64,000 bases of DNA from Phyllobates terribilis. Taxonomy: Eukaryota. Of this stretch, positions 1 through 12,040 are shown one piece after another; within the stretch, counting starts at the first letter, position 1; every line of letters starts with the position of its first letter. The DNA is taken from the NCBI RefSeq assembly GCF_046119375.1, contig NW_027362768.1, forward strand, positions 385,702,001-385,766,000. The letters run 5' to 3'. The translations under genes and the position numbers were made by a program. The notes under the pieces are model-generated. The model was not told the origin of the DNA. It was given only the letters and a program-made list of their open reading frames with translations, and ran no database searches.

Positions 1-1147
1 GTGGCTGAGTCTGAAGCCGACGTGAAAGAGGTCAAGGTGGCAGAGTCACTGTCACGTGCCCAAAAGCAACAGTGCAGAGAGTTGCTTCATCGGAACAGAG
101 ACCTATTCTCAGAATTACCGGTTGTACTTCTATCATAGAGCATGAGGTTCTTATGGAGTCTCAAGTCCGGGTAAACTTGAAGCCGTATCGGATTCCCGAA
201 GCCCGCCGCGAGGCGTACTCGAAAGAGGTGAAGAGGATGCTTAGCCTGGGAGTCACTGAAGAGTCCAAAAGTGGCTGGTCCAGTCCCATAGTCTTAGTGC
301 CGAAACCAGATGAGGAATGGCGGTTTTGCAACGACTATAGGAAGCTGAACGAGGTCTCGAAGTTCGACGCCTACCCAATGCCTAGGGTAGATGAGCTTTT
401 TGAAAGGACCCGCTCGATACGTCACCACTCTGGACCTCACCAAAGGATACTGGCAAATTCCCGTCTAAAGAGGCCAAGGAGAAGACGGCCTTCTCAACGC
501 CAGACGAGTGTTATCAGTATGTCAGGATGCCGTTTGGGTCGCAGGGAGCTCCAGACACTTTGCAGAGAGCCATGGACCGGATCTTAGCACCCCATAAAAA
601 GGATGCAGCGGCCTACCTAGATGACATCGTCATATTCAGTCAGGACTGGGGAAGTCATCTTGATAAAGTGCAAGCCATACTTGACGCCCTAAGGAAGGCG
701 GGCTGTACTATCAACCCAAATAAATGTGCTATGGGGATGGAGGAAGCCAAGTATCTGGGCTACGTGGTTGGTAGAGGGGAAATAAAACCACAAATAAATA
801 AGGTCGAGGCGATCCTGAACTGGCCAAAGCTCCTCACGAAGAAGCAGGTCAGGGCATTTCTAGGCAGCGTGGGCTACTTTCGAAGATTTGTCCCTAACTT
901 TGCCCTGATAGCAGCCCCGCTGACGGATCTTCTGAAAGGGACGAAGTCGGCTATTGCTAAGTGATCCCCAGAAGCTGAGGAGGCCTTCCAGGAATTGAAA
1001 CTGGCCCTCTGTAAACAGCCAGTCTTGGTGGCGCCCAACTTCTCTAAAGAGTTCGTGATCCAGAAGGATACATCGGATGTCGGGCTGGGAGCAGTCTTGT
1101 CCCAGGAGATTAAAGAAAGTGGAACACCCTGTAATGTACCTCAGTCG
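1..1147 (+). mobile_element. Decayed Ty3/Gypsy LTR-retrotransposon pol fragment (reverse transcriptase and start of RNase H), frameshifted and 3'-truncated
   Basis: Overlapping ORFs in different frames give WSSPIVLVPKPD..WRFCNDYRKLN..DAYPMPRVDEL, MPFG..GAP.T.QRAMD, the YxDD motif AYLDDIVIFS, YLGYVV, and the RNase H start PVLVAPNFSKEFVIQKDTSDVGLGAVLSQ..EHPVMYLSR. Similarity stops near 1147. Confidence 0.93.
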
Positions 1148-1631
1148 CTTCCCGGCTGCTTCAGAGTTTATTATTCTGCCGCGAAAAGAGCCAATGCTCA
1201 GTGTGAACTGCGCCCTAACGAGAGCTGGTCCTAGCAGAGGACGCCATGCACGAGCCCTGTGCACACTCTACATGGATTACATTTTCCTTACAAAACCCAC
1301 ATCGCCAGGTCAAGGATCCAGCAACCCATCTGCAATGCGGATGAAAGCTTGAACGGACAAGTCATCAGCGTCGCTGAGCCGTCATTCATCAATCTGAACA
1401 ATGTAATGGATTGTCAAAAAGTACAAGTGTCACATACGTCTCTAAGGGGCCACATCCAGACCACTAGCAGTGCCAACCAGCAAGAAAAGCCCAAGACAAA
1501 ACAGAAAATACATCAGCTCTCAGAAGAAGATGGCGGACCACCATTGGTGCAGACGCAGAAGGGTGAAGGGGGCGACGGTTAAAGCAGCAGACATATTCAG
1601 ACACAGAACTGCAAAGGGCCCATTTACCGTG

Positions 1632-1744
1632 CTTGTCTACGTCCGCCCCCTTGTCTACGTCCGCCCCCTTGTCTACGTCCGCCCCCTTGTCTACGTCCGC
1701 CCCCTTGTCTACGTCCGCCCCCTTGTCTACGTCCGCCCCCTTGT
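1632..1744. repeat. 18-bp minisatellite (cttgtctacgtccgcccc), 6 copies
   Basis: Six perfect consecutive units read directly. Confidence 0.95.
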
Positions 1745-2154
1745 TGTAGTGCGCCAACCACGACCAGAAAACACACTAATCTATATGTGCGTGATCCAAA
1801 CTCATGACCATTAACATTAGAGGCGGCATTACTCAGAATTCAGCACAAGTAACCCCGACCCCCCCAGTGACCGGATATAAACCTTCAATCTGAGTCATTC
1901 CAGGAAGAGACCTGAATTCAATTAAGAACATAAAGTTTCACATTTCTCTGGTTGTTTAGTTTTTTTTTTTATTACATTTTTTGTTTTTCTTTATGAAACA
2001 ATTTTTATTGCTGCAGCCAAAACCAGAACTAAATCCCTATTTAGGGTTAGAAAAATTGTAAAACCATGAAAGAAGCTGTTAGTAATGAACGAAGGCGGGA
2101 TTGTAATGTGCTCGCTGCATTTGGCTCATTAGCTGCTCCGTTTCTGTCATCTCA

Positions 2155-3540
2155 GCCGCTAATGACGCAGAGCGCAGCAGCGAATGACGCAGAGCGCAGC
2201 AGCGAATTACACAGAGCGCAGCCGCTAATGACGCAGAGCAGCAGTGAATTACACAGAGCGCAGCAGTGAATTACACAGAGCACAGCCGCTAATGACGCAG
2301 AGCGCAGCAGCGAATGACGCAGAGCGCAGCAGCGAATGACGCAGAGCGCAGCAGTGAATTACGCAGAGCGCAGCAGTGAATTACACAGAGCACAGCCGCT
2401 AATGACGCAGAGCGCAGCAGCGAATGACGCAGAGCGCAGCCGCTAATGACGCAGAGCACAGCAGTGAATTACACAGAGCACAGCCGTTAATGAGGCAGAG
2501 CACAGCAGCGAATGAGCAAGAGCGCAGCAGCGAATGAGCAAGAGCGCAGCAGCGAATGAGGCAGAGCGCAGCAGCGAATGAGGCAGAGCGCAGCAGCGAA
2601 TTACGCAGAGCGCAGCAGCGAATTACGCAGAGCGCAGCCCCTAATGACGCAGAGCAGCAGTGAATTACACAGAGCGCAGCCACTAATGACGCAGAGCAGC
2701 AGTGAATTACGCACAGCGCAGCCGCTAATGACGCAGAGCAGCAGTGAATTACGCACAGCGCAGCTGCTAATGACGCAGAGTGCAGCCGCTAATGACGCAG
2801 AGCAGCAGTGAATTACACAGAGCGCAGCAGTGAATGATGCAGAGCGCAGCAGCGAATGACGCAGAGCAGCAGTGAATTACGCACAGCGCAGCCGCTAATG
2901 ACGCAGAGCAGCAGTGAATTACACAGAGCGCAGCAGTGAATTACGCAGAGCGCAGCAGCGAATGACGCAGAGCGCAGCAGCGAATGACGCAGAGCGCAGC
3001 AGCGAATGACTGCAGCGAATGACGCAGAGCGCAGCAGTGAATGACTGCAGCGAATGACGCAGAGCGCAGCAGTGAATGACGCAGAGCGCAGCAGTGAATG
3101 ACGCAGAGCAGCAGCGAATGACGCAGAGCGCAGCAGCGAATGACGCAGAGCGCAGCAGTGAATGACTGCAGCGAATGACGCAGAGCGCAGCAGTGAATGA
3201 CGCAGAGCGCAGCAGTGAATGACGCAGAGCAGCAGTGAATGACGCAGAGCGCAGCAGTGAATGACGCAGAGCGCAGCAGTGAATGACGCAGAGTGCAGCA
3301 GTGAATGACGCAGAGCGCAGCAGTGAATGACGCAGAGCGCAGCAGTGAATGACGCAGAGCGCAGCAGCGAATGACGCAGAGCGCAGCAGCGAATGACGCA
3401 GAGCGCAGTAGCGAATTACACAGAGCGCAGCAGTGAATTACACAGAGCGCAGCAGTGAATTACACAGAGCGCAGCCGCTAATGACGCAGAGCAGCAGTGA
3501 ATGACGCAGAGCGCAGCAGTGAATGACGCAGAGCGCAGCA
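2155..3540. repeat. About 22-bp minisatellite (gcagagcgcagcagcgaatgac and variants)
   Basis: Continuous tandem units with gaattacac and gccgctaatgac variants. Confidence 0.95.
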
Positions 3541-3947
3541 ATTTAAGACAAATTCCTCTCCCTGCTGCCCTCAGAATAAGCTCCAGGCACCCATGACTTT
3601 GTCCCCCCACACTACGCCACTGACCTAATATTACAGTGTTGTATACATTGATTACAGTGCTCTTTATCGGTGTTTCATGGTAGGGGAAAGCCTGTAGGGT
3701 CCTGCAAGACGTAGGCATTATCGCTATGTTTACAATCCTCGCCGTGTTTTCTCCGTCTGTTAGGGGACACCTCTCCCCCCCTACACGTACATCATCTGAG
3801 CAAAAGGTAAGAACAAGCCTCAGCTGAAAATCGTTGTATACTTCAGAGTCTACAGGAAATGTTCAAATCCATGAATATCAGGAGCTAGGTCTCCTACTTC
3901 TGGTCGTCAGGTCTCCTCCGCTCCTGAGGGTCGCGCCATCGCTCCCA

Positions 3948-4015
3948 TTACTTCATGCACACAATGATGTTGGAGTCGGAGTCCAATCTTTCATCCAGCT
4001 CTCGATAGCTCATGC
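3948..4015 (-). CDS. NPRL2: NPRL2 coding exon 11 (last): (G)MSYRELDERLDSDSNIIVCMK*
   Basis: Acceptor ttatccag at 4016-4023, 68 nt, TAA at 3950-3948. Matches the remembered human C-terminus [22 protein letters not shown]. Confidence 0.93.
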
Positions 4016-4279
4016 CTGGATAAGAAAATGCAAAACCCGATGGTCAGCACCGCTCTCTAACTGCTCATGTAGGGGGAGGATAGCTATGGGACGCAGCACT
4101 CGGATTCATTTGCAAAGACGATGATCGGTAGTACTAATTTGCCCTATGAGTAATTCAACTTATTTTTTAAATATAAAAATATCCCGCAGGATTTGGAAAT
4201 GATGAACTTCTGGAACATTCTCCATTAAGTTATTTTGCTTCCTTCTCTCCTAAAATGCTGTCAAGTTCAGGCTCTTTTA

Positions 4280-4412
4280 GTAGCTGCTTTGAGCTGCAGC
4301 CAGAATCTGTACCCGGACCCTAGTTACAGACCATCTCCATGCCTGAGCTTCTCTGCCCTCTCCCCATTGCTCAGACAGTTAGGGGGTTGGAGTAGCAGTT
4401 CAAAGCAGCTAC
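4280..4412. repeat. Short inverted-repeat pair (18-bp arms, 1 mismatch), probable MITE remnant in NPRL2 intron 10
   Basis: gtagctgctttgagctgc (4280-4297) versus gcagttcaaagcagctac (4395-4412). Confidence 0.45.
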
Positions 4413-4661
4413 AGAAAGAGCAGGAACTCGAGAAGCTAAAACAGCACATTTGGTGCAATGTATGGAAGTAAAATAAGGTCACTGATTAGATTAAAACGTC
4501 TTATAACTTGACAAAGGCTGATCAATAAATAAAATAGTGTAGTTACTCTTTAATGATTTTTGAAGCCATTACTTTGCCTGTGTGTCATCCCTCCACCCCG
4601 ACCACACAAGCAGGACTTCTCCCAAACACTGTGCCTTGTGGGGTCACACCGGTGCCGGTAC

Positions 4662-4804
4662 CTGTCTTGCAGCAGATCTCATCGTAGCTGTGGCTTCCCG
4701 TGTAGAGACGAGCCGGGGGGCTGCGCTCATCACGAGACACCTTTACGGGGTATTTCTGGAGTCTTCGGATCAGGTTCTTCATCAGCCCAAACTGGATAAG
4801 TTTC
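4662..4804 (-). CDS. NPRL2: NPRL2 coding exon 10: (R)[47 protein letters not shown](G)
   Basis: cgcag acceptor, GTACCG donor, 143 nt, phase consistent with neighbouring exons. Confidence 0.96.
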
Positions 4805-4996
4805 CTGCGTTCACACAGAAGGTACCGTACATTATGTCTGCAACGCGGAGGAGCGTACGCTGCGAGCAGCATCCCCCCAGGGATCTGGGGTCACAAAGTG
4901 TCCCAGTGATGTCCCAAGGCCCCCCGTCCCTCTGGACCCTTTAGCTCCCGCAGGGTTTCTGGGCGTCGTACGTCTGCGCACATTATAGTCACTGAC

Positions 4997-5114
4997 CTCT
5001 CGTCCACTCTCTGCAGCTGCTGCGTGTGTCGGGCGATCAGGTCTCGCACCGTGGTGCCAGGACTGAGGCCGCAGTACAGCTGGAAGACGTCACGAAGACT
5101 CGGCCGCCTCACAC
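4997..5114 (-). CDS. NPRL2: NPRL2 coding exon 9: (G)[38 protein letters not shown](R)
   Basis: cttag acceptor, GTCAGT donor, 118 nt. Confidence 0.96.
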
Positions 5115-5654
5115 CTAAGAGAAAGACCAGGTGAAGAAGCAGAGACTGGAGCCGGCCACATATATACGGAAAGGGAAGCCCCCCGCACACATCGGACTAA
5201 CGTCAGCCACGGATGACCACGGCTCCAGCCGACAGTCCAGTGTATACGGAGCCCCAAAGGATTCCAGACGGGCCGACAATGCACAGGAGATATGGTGGAG
5301 GCTCATAATACAGAACACAGGAGCGTGAGAGCCGCCGAACCACCGGCTGACAGCCATCTATGGGGGCCTTAGTGCGGAACAACTGCAGGGACTATGGGGC
5401 GGTGTAATGTGTTCTCTGTTATCAACCATTTTTATCAGATGACTGAAGGACAGGTGATTACCATCTATTGCTCCCTGTAATCAGCCGAGAGGTTATTGTC
5501 GTCACTTCTGCACAGTGACAAGATCCCATAGATGTTCTCTGGACAGCAAACGCAATGTCAAATCCCACCGCAATGTAGAGAGTATGGAGGACAGCGCCCC
5601 CATCTGCAGGCAGGAGATGTCAGGAAGCTTCTGTTATAGAGAGGGAATGGTCAC

Positions 5655-5748
5655 CTGGTTTACTAATGTAGGAGATGCACTCGTCCTGCAGAGCCTTGTC
5701 GTGGATCAGCTCCTGCACCCGCGGAGTCGTACAGTAGACATTGGAGTA
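5655..5748 (-). CDS. NPRL2: NPRL2 coding exon 8: YSNVYCTTPRVQELIHDKALQDECISYISKP(G)
   Basis: cttgcag acceptor, GTGACC donor, 94 nt. Confidence 0.96.
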
Positions 5749-5784
5749 CTGCAAGGAGGAGACCAGGATCAATAAAATATATAG

Positions 5785-6970
5785 AGCAGCCGCCCCTCCC
5801 TCCATCCCGTATACCGCAGCCGCCCCTCGCTCCATCCCGTATACCGCAGCCGCCCCTCGCTCCCTTCATTACGCCGCTATAGAGCATCCGCCCCTCGCTT
5901 TGTCCCATATGCCGCAGCCGCCCCTCGCTCCCTCCCGTACGCCGCAGCCGCCCCTCGCTCCGTCCGGTATGGCGCAGCCGCCCCTCGCTCCGTCCCGTAC
6001 GCCGCAGCCGCCCCTCGCTCCGTCCCGTACGCCGCAGCCGCCCCTCGCTCCGTCCCGTACGCCGCCCCTCGCTTTGTCCCATATGCTGCAGCCGCCCCTC
6101 GCTCCCTCCCGTGTACCGCAGCAGCCCCTTGCTGCGTCCCGTATACCGCAGCCGCCCCTCGCTCTGTCCCGTATACTGCAGCCTTCAGCCGCCCCTCGCT
6201 CCATCCCGTATACCGCAGCCGCCCCTCGCTCCCTCCATTACGCTGCTATAGAGCATCCGCCCCTCGCTTTGTCCCATATGCCGCAGCCGCCCCTCGCTCC
6301 GTAAGGTAAGGCGCAGCCGCCCCTCGCTCCGTCCCGTACGCCGCAGCCGCCCCTCGCCCCGTCCCGTAGGCCGCAGCCGCCCCTCGCTCCGTCCCGTACG
6401 CCGCAGCCGCCCCTCGCCCCGTACGCCGCAGCCGCCCCTCGCTCCGTCCCGTACGCCGCAGCCGCCCCTCGCTCCGTCCCGTACGCCGCAGCCGCCCCTC
6501 GCTCCGTCCCGTACGCCGCAGCCGCCCCTCGCTCCGTCCCGTACGCCGCAGCCGCCCCTCGCTCCGTCCCGTACGCCGCAGCCGCCCCTCGCTCCGTCCC
6601 GTACACCGCCCCTCGCTCCGTCCCGTACACCGCCCCTCGCTCCGTCCCGTACACCGCCCCTCGCTTTGTCCCATATGCTGCAGCCGCCCCTCGCTTTGTC
6701 CCATATGCTGCAGCCGGCCCTCGCTCTGTCCCGTATACCGCAACCACCCCTCACTCTGTCCCATATGCTGCAGCCGCCCCTCGCTTTGTCCCATATCCTG
6801 CAGCCGCCCCTCGCTTTGTCCCATATGCTGCAGCCGGCCCTCGCTCTGTCCCGTATACCGCAACCACCCCTCGCTCTGTCCCGTATACCGCAACCACCCC
6901 TCGCTCTGTCCCGTATACCGCAACCACCCCTCGCTCTGTCCCGTACGCCGCTATAGAGCAGCCGCCCCTC
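5785..6970. repeat. GC-rich minisatellite of about 24-30 bp (gccgcccctcgctccgtcccgtacgccgca) in NPRL2 intron 7
   Basis: Tandem units read directly; C-rich on plus, so G-rich in the NPRL2 pre-mRNA. Confidence 0.95.
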
Positions 6971-7599
6971 TGCTTTTAGCTGAAATACAATATGTAAATT
7001 TGACTAATTAAAAAAAAAAATTATATAAATGTTTATGTTTTTTAAGTAACTATTTTATTATTCCAGCCATAAACCTGACCCGAGCTCCAGCCTTAGTGCC
7101 CAAGAATGTGAAACTGTAAAATTTGAGTCAACAGTCGTGTCTTTTTTTCAATGCAGGGACAATTGACATTTTGGGGCAGCTCTGCCGCTGAGGCGCTGTC
7201 TCTCCTCTGACAAAAATGCAAGACTCAATTCTTTCTTGCTCAGCTTCTGGCATCTCGTTTTTTTCCTATGCAGAGTGCAGAAGCCGATGAAAACACTAAT
7301 TTTAACAACTGCGCTCTGCATAGGAACTGGGGCAGCGGCTGCGATGAATGGCCGGTCTGCGTTACTCGCTCAGATCGCCGGCCATTCACTCCCGACCCGT
7401 TACCTCCTCCGAGGTGTCGTGTGTCAATCTATGAGATCTCATCCTCTGCACCAATAACATCTGGTAATGAGAAGTATTCGGTCGCTGCCGTCTCTTCTAG
7501 AATTGATATTCTGCAATTTATTTCTTGCTTTATTCTCGAGCAGAAATCATCCAGACTCCACCGGTAAGCAGCTTATATGGACTGAAGCCGCCACGTCCC

Positions 7600-8270
7600 C
7601 CAGCTGGCCGCCCCTTACATTGGCCCCCAGGCGGCCGGCCCGCCCCTTACATTGGCCCCCAGGCGGCCGGCCCGCCCCTTACATTGGACCCCAGGCGGCC
7701 GGCCCGCCCCTTACATTGGACCCCAGGCGGCCGGCCCGCCCCTTACATTGGACCCCAGGCGGCCGGCCCGCCCCTTACATTGGACCCCAGGCGGCCGGCC
7801 CGCCCCTTACATTGGACCCCACGCGGCCAGCCCGCCCCTTACATTGGACCCCACGCGGCCAGCCCGCCCCTTACATTGGACCCCACGCGGCCAGCCCGCC
7901 CCTTACATTGGACCCCACGCGGCCAGCCCGCCCCTTACATTGGACCCCACGCAGCCGGCCCGCCCCTTACATTGGACCCCACGCGGCCGGCCCGCCCCTT
8001 ACATTGGACCCCACGCGGCCGGCCCGCCCCTTACATTGGACCCCACGCGGCCGGCCCGCCCCTTACATTGGACCCCACGCGGCCGGCCCGCCCCTTACAT
8101 TGGACCCCACGCGGCCGGCCCGCCCCTTACATTGGACCCCACGCGGCCGGCCCGCCCCTTACATTGGACCCCAGGCGGCCGGCCCGCCCCTTACATTGGA
8201 CCCCAGGCGGCCGGCCGCCCCCTTACATTGGACCCCAGGCGGCCGGCCGCCCCCTTACATTGGACCCCCA
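7600..8270. repeat. 32-bp minisatellite (cccgccccttacattggaccccaggcggccgg), about 21 copies, NPRL2 intron 7
   Basis: Tandem units; the ORF track shows a 32-aa period equal to 3 x 32 nt. Confidence 0.96.
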
Positions 8271-8352
8271 CCCATCGTGGCCATATGCTGGAGATCCGGC
8301 TGCATTACATGAGATTGATGTTGGAAAAACCCAGACATCCCCAGATTCTTAC

Positions 8353-8389
8353 CTGGAAGATGGAAACAAGAGTCACCACCCCGTAATAC
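8353..8389 (-). CDS. NPRL2: NPRL2 coding exon 7 (37 nt, absent from the ORF track): (M)YYGVVTLVSIFQ
   Basis: Minus strand reads ctag|G TAT TAC GGG GTG GTG ACT CTT GTT TCC ATC TTC CAG|gtaag. Confidence 0.95.
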
Positions 8390-8626
8390 CTAGAAAAAGG
8401 AAGTTGAGAGTTGTAGTCAGAATGCTGCACATTAATGGCCGCTCAGTATTTCTTGCAGAAGCCGCCGCTAAGAATCAAAACGTCACGAACATTAAGCTCT
8501 GACCACAAGACCCCGGCCTCAGCGCTCCCCCTGCCTCTAGTATTGGTATCGTACCGATAATCAAACGCCGAATTAAAGGAATGTCGCCGTCCCATTTATC
8601 CAGATGCTTCGCTCTCAGATCACTCA

Positions 8627-8755
<129 letters not shown>

Positions 8756-9026
8756 TCACAGAATCTCCTCTCTGCGAGCCCCGCCGATGCAGGTCACATG
8801 TACAGAATCCTAGAGCTGCAGTGAAGACTGACACTTAAAGAGGCAGTCCACCTTTGGGGACCTTTTATTTTATGTAAATGCATTTTATTTGCAGATAAAG
8901 ATGATTTTTGTAATTGTAAGCATTGTGCTCCCTTTGCCTTCTCTAGCCTCAGGCTGCACTCATTAATCCTGGTTGCAGAATGAGTGATCTGAGGATCCAT
9001 CAGTGAGCTCACACTGACAGTCTGAG

Positions 9027-9672
9027 TGTCACGATGCTGTTGTCTCTGACAACCCGGGACTAGGGGCTCCTACCCTGTCCCTAATGCTAGGGGCACCCTT
9101 ACTATCTCTGTTCCCCAGGTTACTTCAGATGATGAAGATGCTGGGGTCATGTACCTTGCTGTTCTCCTGAATCAGCCCTTATCTGTCCCCTCCCCCACCC
9201 AGGGAAGTGGGCAGGAATAGTGAATGTAAATACTCAAACCAGACAAACAAGGATGGAAGTACAGGGACAAATGAAAATACAAAAACACACAAAATATTCA
9301 CTAACAGAGGGAACACCGAAGGGATTAGGAAGGTAAAGAAAAATAGAAGAGGATGGGACTATGCACTGAACCAAAACTCCAAGCAACACTCACAGAACAA
9401 CGCTCCTCGCACGCCACTCCATAAAAAGACATAACACTGGCAATCCCAGATGGCCAGAGCAGAGACTATATAGGAGAGGGGAGTGGCTGATGCTGCTCAG
9501 CTGAGAACTTCCAGAAGGAAGCTACAGAGACTCAAAGCTGAGCAGATTAACTACTGCACTGCTGAAAGAAACCAGCACCATTTAAAAGGAGGGATAATGC
9601 TTCTACTCAATGCAGGAGTGTGTGAACTCAGACGCTGCAGACTTCTGACTCCGTCGCGGTACACCCATGACA
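9027..9672. mobile_element. Probable solo LTR in NPRL2 intron 5
   Basis: Begins TGTCA(cg) and ends (a)TGACA, giving TG...CA termini with short inverted ends. Flanks are ctgag and ctcag (5 bp, 1 mismatch). 646 bp, non-coding. Confidence 0.6.
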
Positions 9673-9896
9673 CTCAGGCGATAGCACCGTACATCTTTTG
9701 AGGGGGCATTCAGACATGGCGGCCACATTTGGAACCTGCAGACATTCGGTTAGCAGGTTTTTATTTTTGCAATTTTTTTAGCATTGCAAAATTCCAAAGA
9801 AAAATAGATAAAACCACAATGAGAAAGAGCAGGTAAATGTGAACACAGACTAAAGACTGGAGGACGGAGGCTCATATTCTTAACTTGCAGATTTAC

Positions 9897-10033
9897 CTGC
9901 TGCGTCGTCAGATCCCACTGTGCGTTGCAGAAGTCGTCCTTGTCTTCGGTGAACACCGGGACGTCGTACTCCTGGGCTGTAGGGGGCGCCACCCGCAGTT
10001 CTATGACCTTCAGGTGCATGGTGTTACTTTCAT
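9897..10033 (-). CDS. NPRL2: NPRL2 coding exon 5: (D)[45 protein letters not shown]
   Basis: ttccag acceptor, GTAAAT donor, 137 nt. Confidence 0.96.
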
Positions 10034-10324
10034 CTGGAAGTACAAGGAGAGGTTAGAGGTCTTCTCGCTGAGCCCTGCACGCGGGGGTCACATATCTCAC
10101 CCTATATGAGACGGCGGGTGTCAGCCATTATTGGCAATCAATTGATTTTAACACAAAGCAATTTTTCTACTATAAATCCTCAGTAAAATCCATATGAATG
10201 ACACGCAGAATATGCTGCTGATTTCACTCCTCTACATCGAAGGTGGATAAATCTGCAGTTATAGTCTGGGATTAAGCGCTGGAGCGGTGCAGGGGCGCTG
10301 CGCTCGGCCTCCCAGTTAGCAAAA

Positions 10325-10885
10325 GACGAGCCCAGAGCCAGGAGCGAATCCGGAGCTGAAAATCAGGAGCAGATCTGGAGCTGAGGACCAGGAGCCGAGA
10401 GCCAGGAGCAGATCTGGATCTGAGGACCAGGAGCCGAGAGCCAGGGGCACACCTGAAGCGGATCCAGAGTCCGGAGGAGATCCAGAGCCAGGAGCAGATC
10501 CAGAGCCAGGAGCACACCCGAAGCGGATCCAGAGCCCGGAGCAGATCCAGAGCCCGGAGCAGATCCAGAGCCCGGAGCAGATCCAGAGCCCGGAGCAGAT
10601 CCAGAGCCCGGAGCAGATCTGGAGCTGAAGACCAGGAGCCGAGAGCCAGGAGCACACCCGAAGCGGATCCAGAGCCCGAAGCGGATCCAGAGCCCGGAGT
10701 GGATCCAGAGCCCGGAGCGGATCCAGAGCCCGGAGCGGATCCAGAGCCAGGAGCAGATGTGGAGCTGAGGACCAGGAGCTGAGAGCCAGGAGCACACCCG
10801 AAGCGGATCCAGAGCCCGGAGTGGATCCAGAGCTGAGGACCAGGAGCCGAGAGCCAGGAATGGATCCAGAGCCAGGAGCGGATCT
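10325..10885. repeat. Composite minisatellite with an 18-bp core (gagcagatccagagcccg), NPRL2 intron 4
   Basis: Tandem core units interspersed with gagctgaggaccaggagcc and gcacacccgaagcgg sub-blocks. Confidence 0.9.
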
Positions 10886-11059
10886 GGAGCTCCGAGATCT
10901 GTGGCAGAAGAGGAATAGACGTCCTGTAGCCTAGTGATAGGGGCCCTCATAGGTGATTTATTACCCGACTCTTCTGTCTCATGTAAGGTGGATACCCGCC
11001 CCCTGCGCGCTGCCCGGGGGCGATAAGGAAAATTCAATGTCATCCCGAGTGGTCAGTAC

Positions 11060-11168
11060 CTATGGGCAGGGAACATTCTCCGGTGGAGTTCAGCCCCTCC
11101 AGCAGGATGCTCATGATGGGCACCAGTCTCTGCTTACTGTCCTCATTAGAGATGAAGCCGGACTCTAG
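11060..11168 (-). CDS. NPRL2: NPRL2 coding exon 4: [36 protein letters not shown](D)
   Basis: ttgtag acceptor, GTACTG donor, 109 nt. Confidence 0.95.
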
Positions 11169-11199
11169 CTACAACGAGAGAACAGGAAAGTGATGGGCT

Positions 11200-11999
11200 G
11201 AGCCGCCGTGCTGCCCTATATAGAGTACAGTGCTAACCACTGAGCCACAGTGCAGCCCTATATATAGTACAGTGCTAACCACTGAGCCACAGTGCAGCCC
11301 TATATATAGTACAGTGCTAACCACTCAGCCGTCGTGCTGCCCTATATATAGTACAGTGCTAACCACCATGCTGCCTTATATATAGTACAGTGCTAGCCAC
11401 TGAGCCACCATGCTACCCTATATATAGTAGTGCTGACCATTGAGCCACTGTGCTGACCACTGAGCCACCGTGCTACCATATAGTACAGTGCTAACCACTG
11501 AGCCACCGTGCTGCCCTATATATAGTACAGTGCTAACCACTGATCCACCGTGCTGCTCTATACATATATATATATAGTACAGTGCTAACCACTGAGCCAC
11601 CGTGCTGCCCTATACATATATATAGTACAGTGCTAACCACTGAGCCACCGTGCTGCCCTATACATATAGTACAGTGCTAACCACTGAGCTACTGTGATGC
11701 TCTATACATATATATATAGTACAGTGCTAACCACTGAGCCACCGTGCTGCCCTATAGTACAGTGCTAACCACTGAGCCACCGTGCTGCCCTATATAGTAC
11801 AGTGCTAACCACTGTGCTGCTCTATACATATATATATAGTACAGTGCTAACCACTGAGCCACCGTGCTGCTCTATACATATATATAGTACAGTGCTAACC
11901 ACTGAGCCACCGTGCTGCCCTATGTATAGTAGTGCTAACCACTGAGCCACCGTGCTGCCCTATATATAGTACAGTGCTAACCACTGAGCCACTGAGCTG

Positions 12000-12040
<41 letters not shown>

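Noticed and set aside
72-1234. Gypsy ORFs as a functional element or domesticated gene
   Set aside because: Several frameshifts, an in-frame stop at 962-964, truncation within RNase H, and no integrase or LTR in the window.
5741-8502. Proline-rich plus-strand ORFs antisense to NPRL2 (187-325 aa)
   Set aside because: Entirely explained by the 30-bp and 32-bp intronic arrays.
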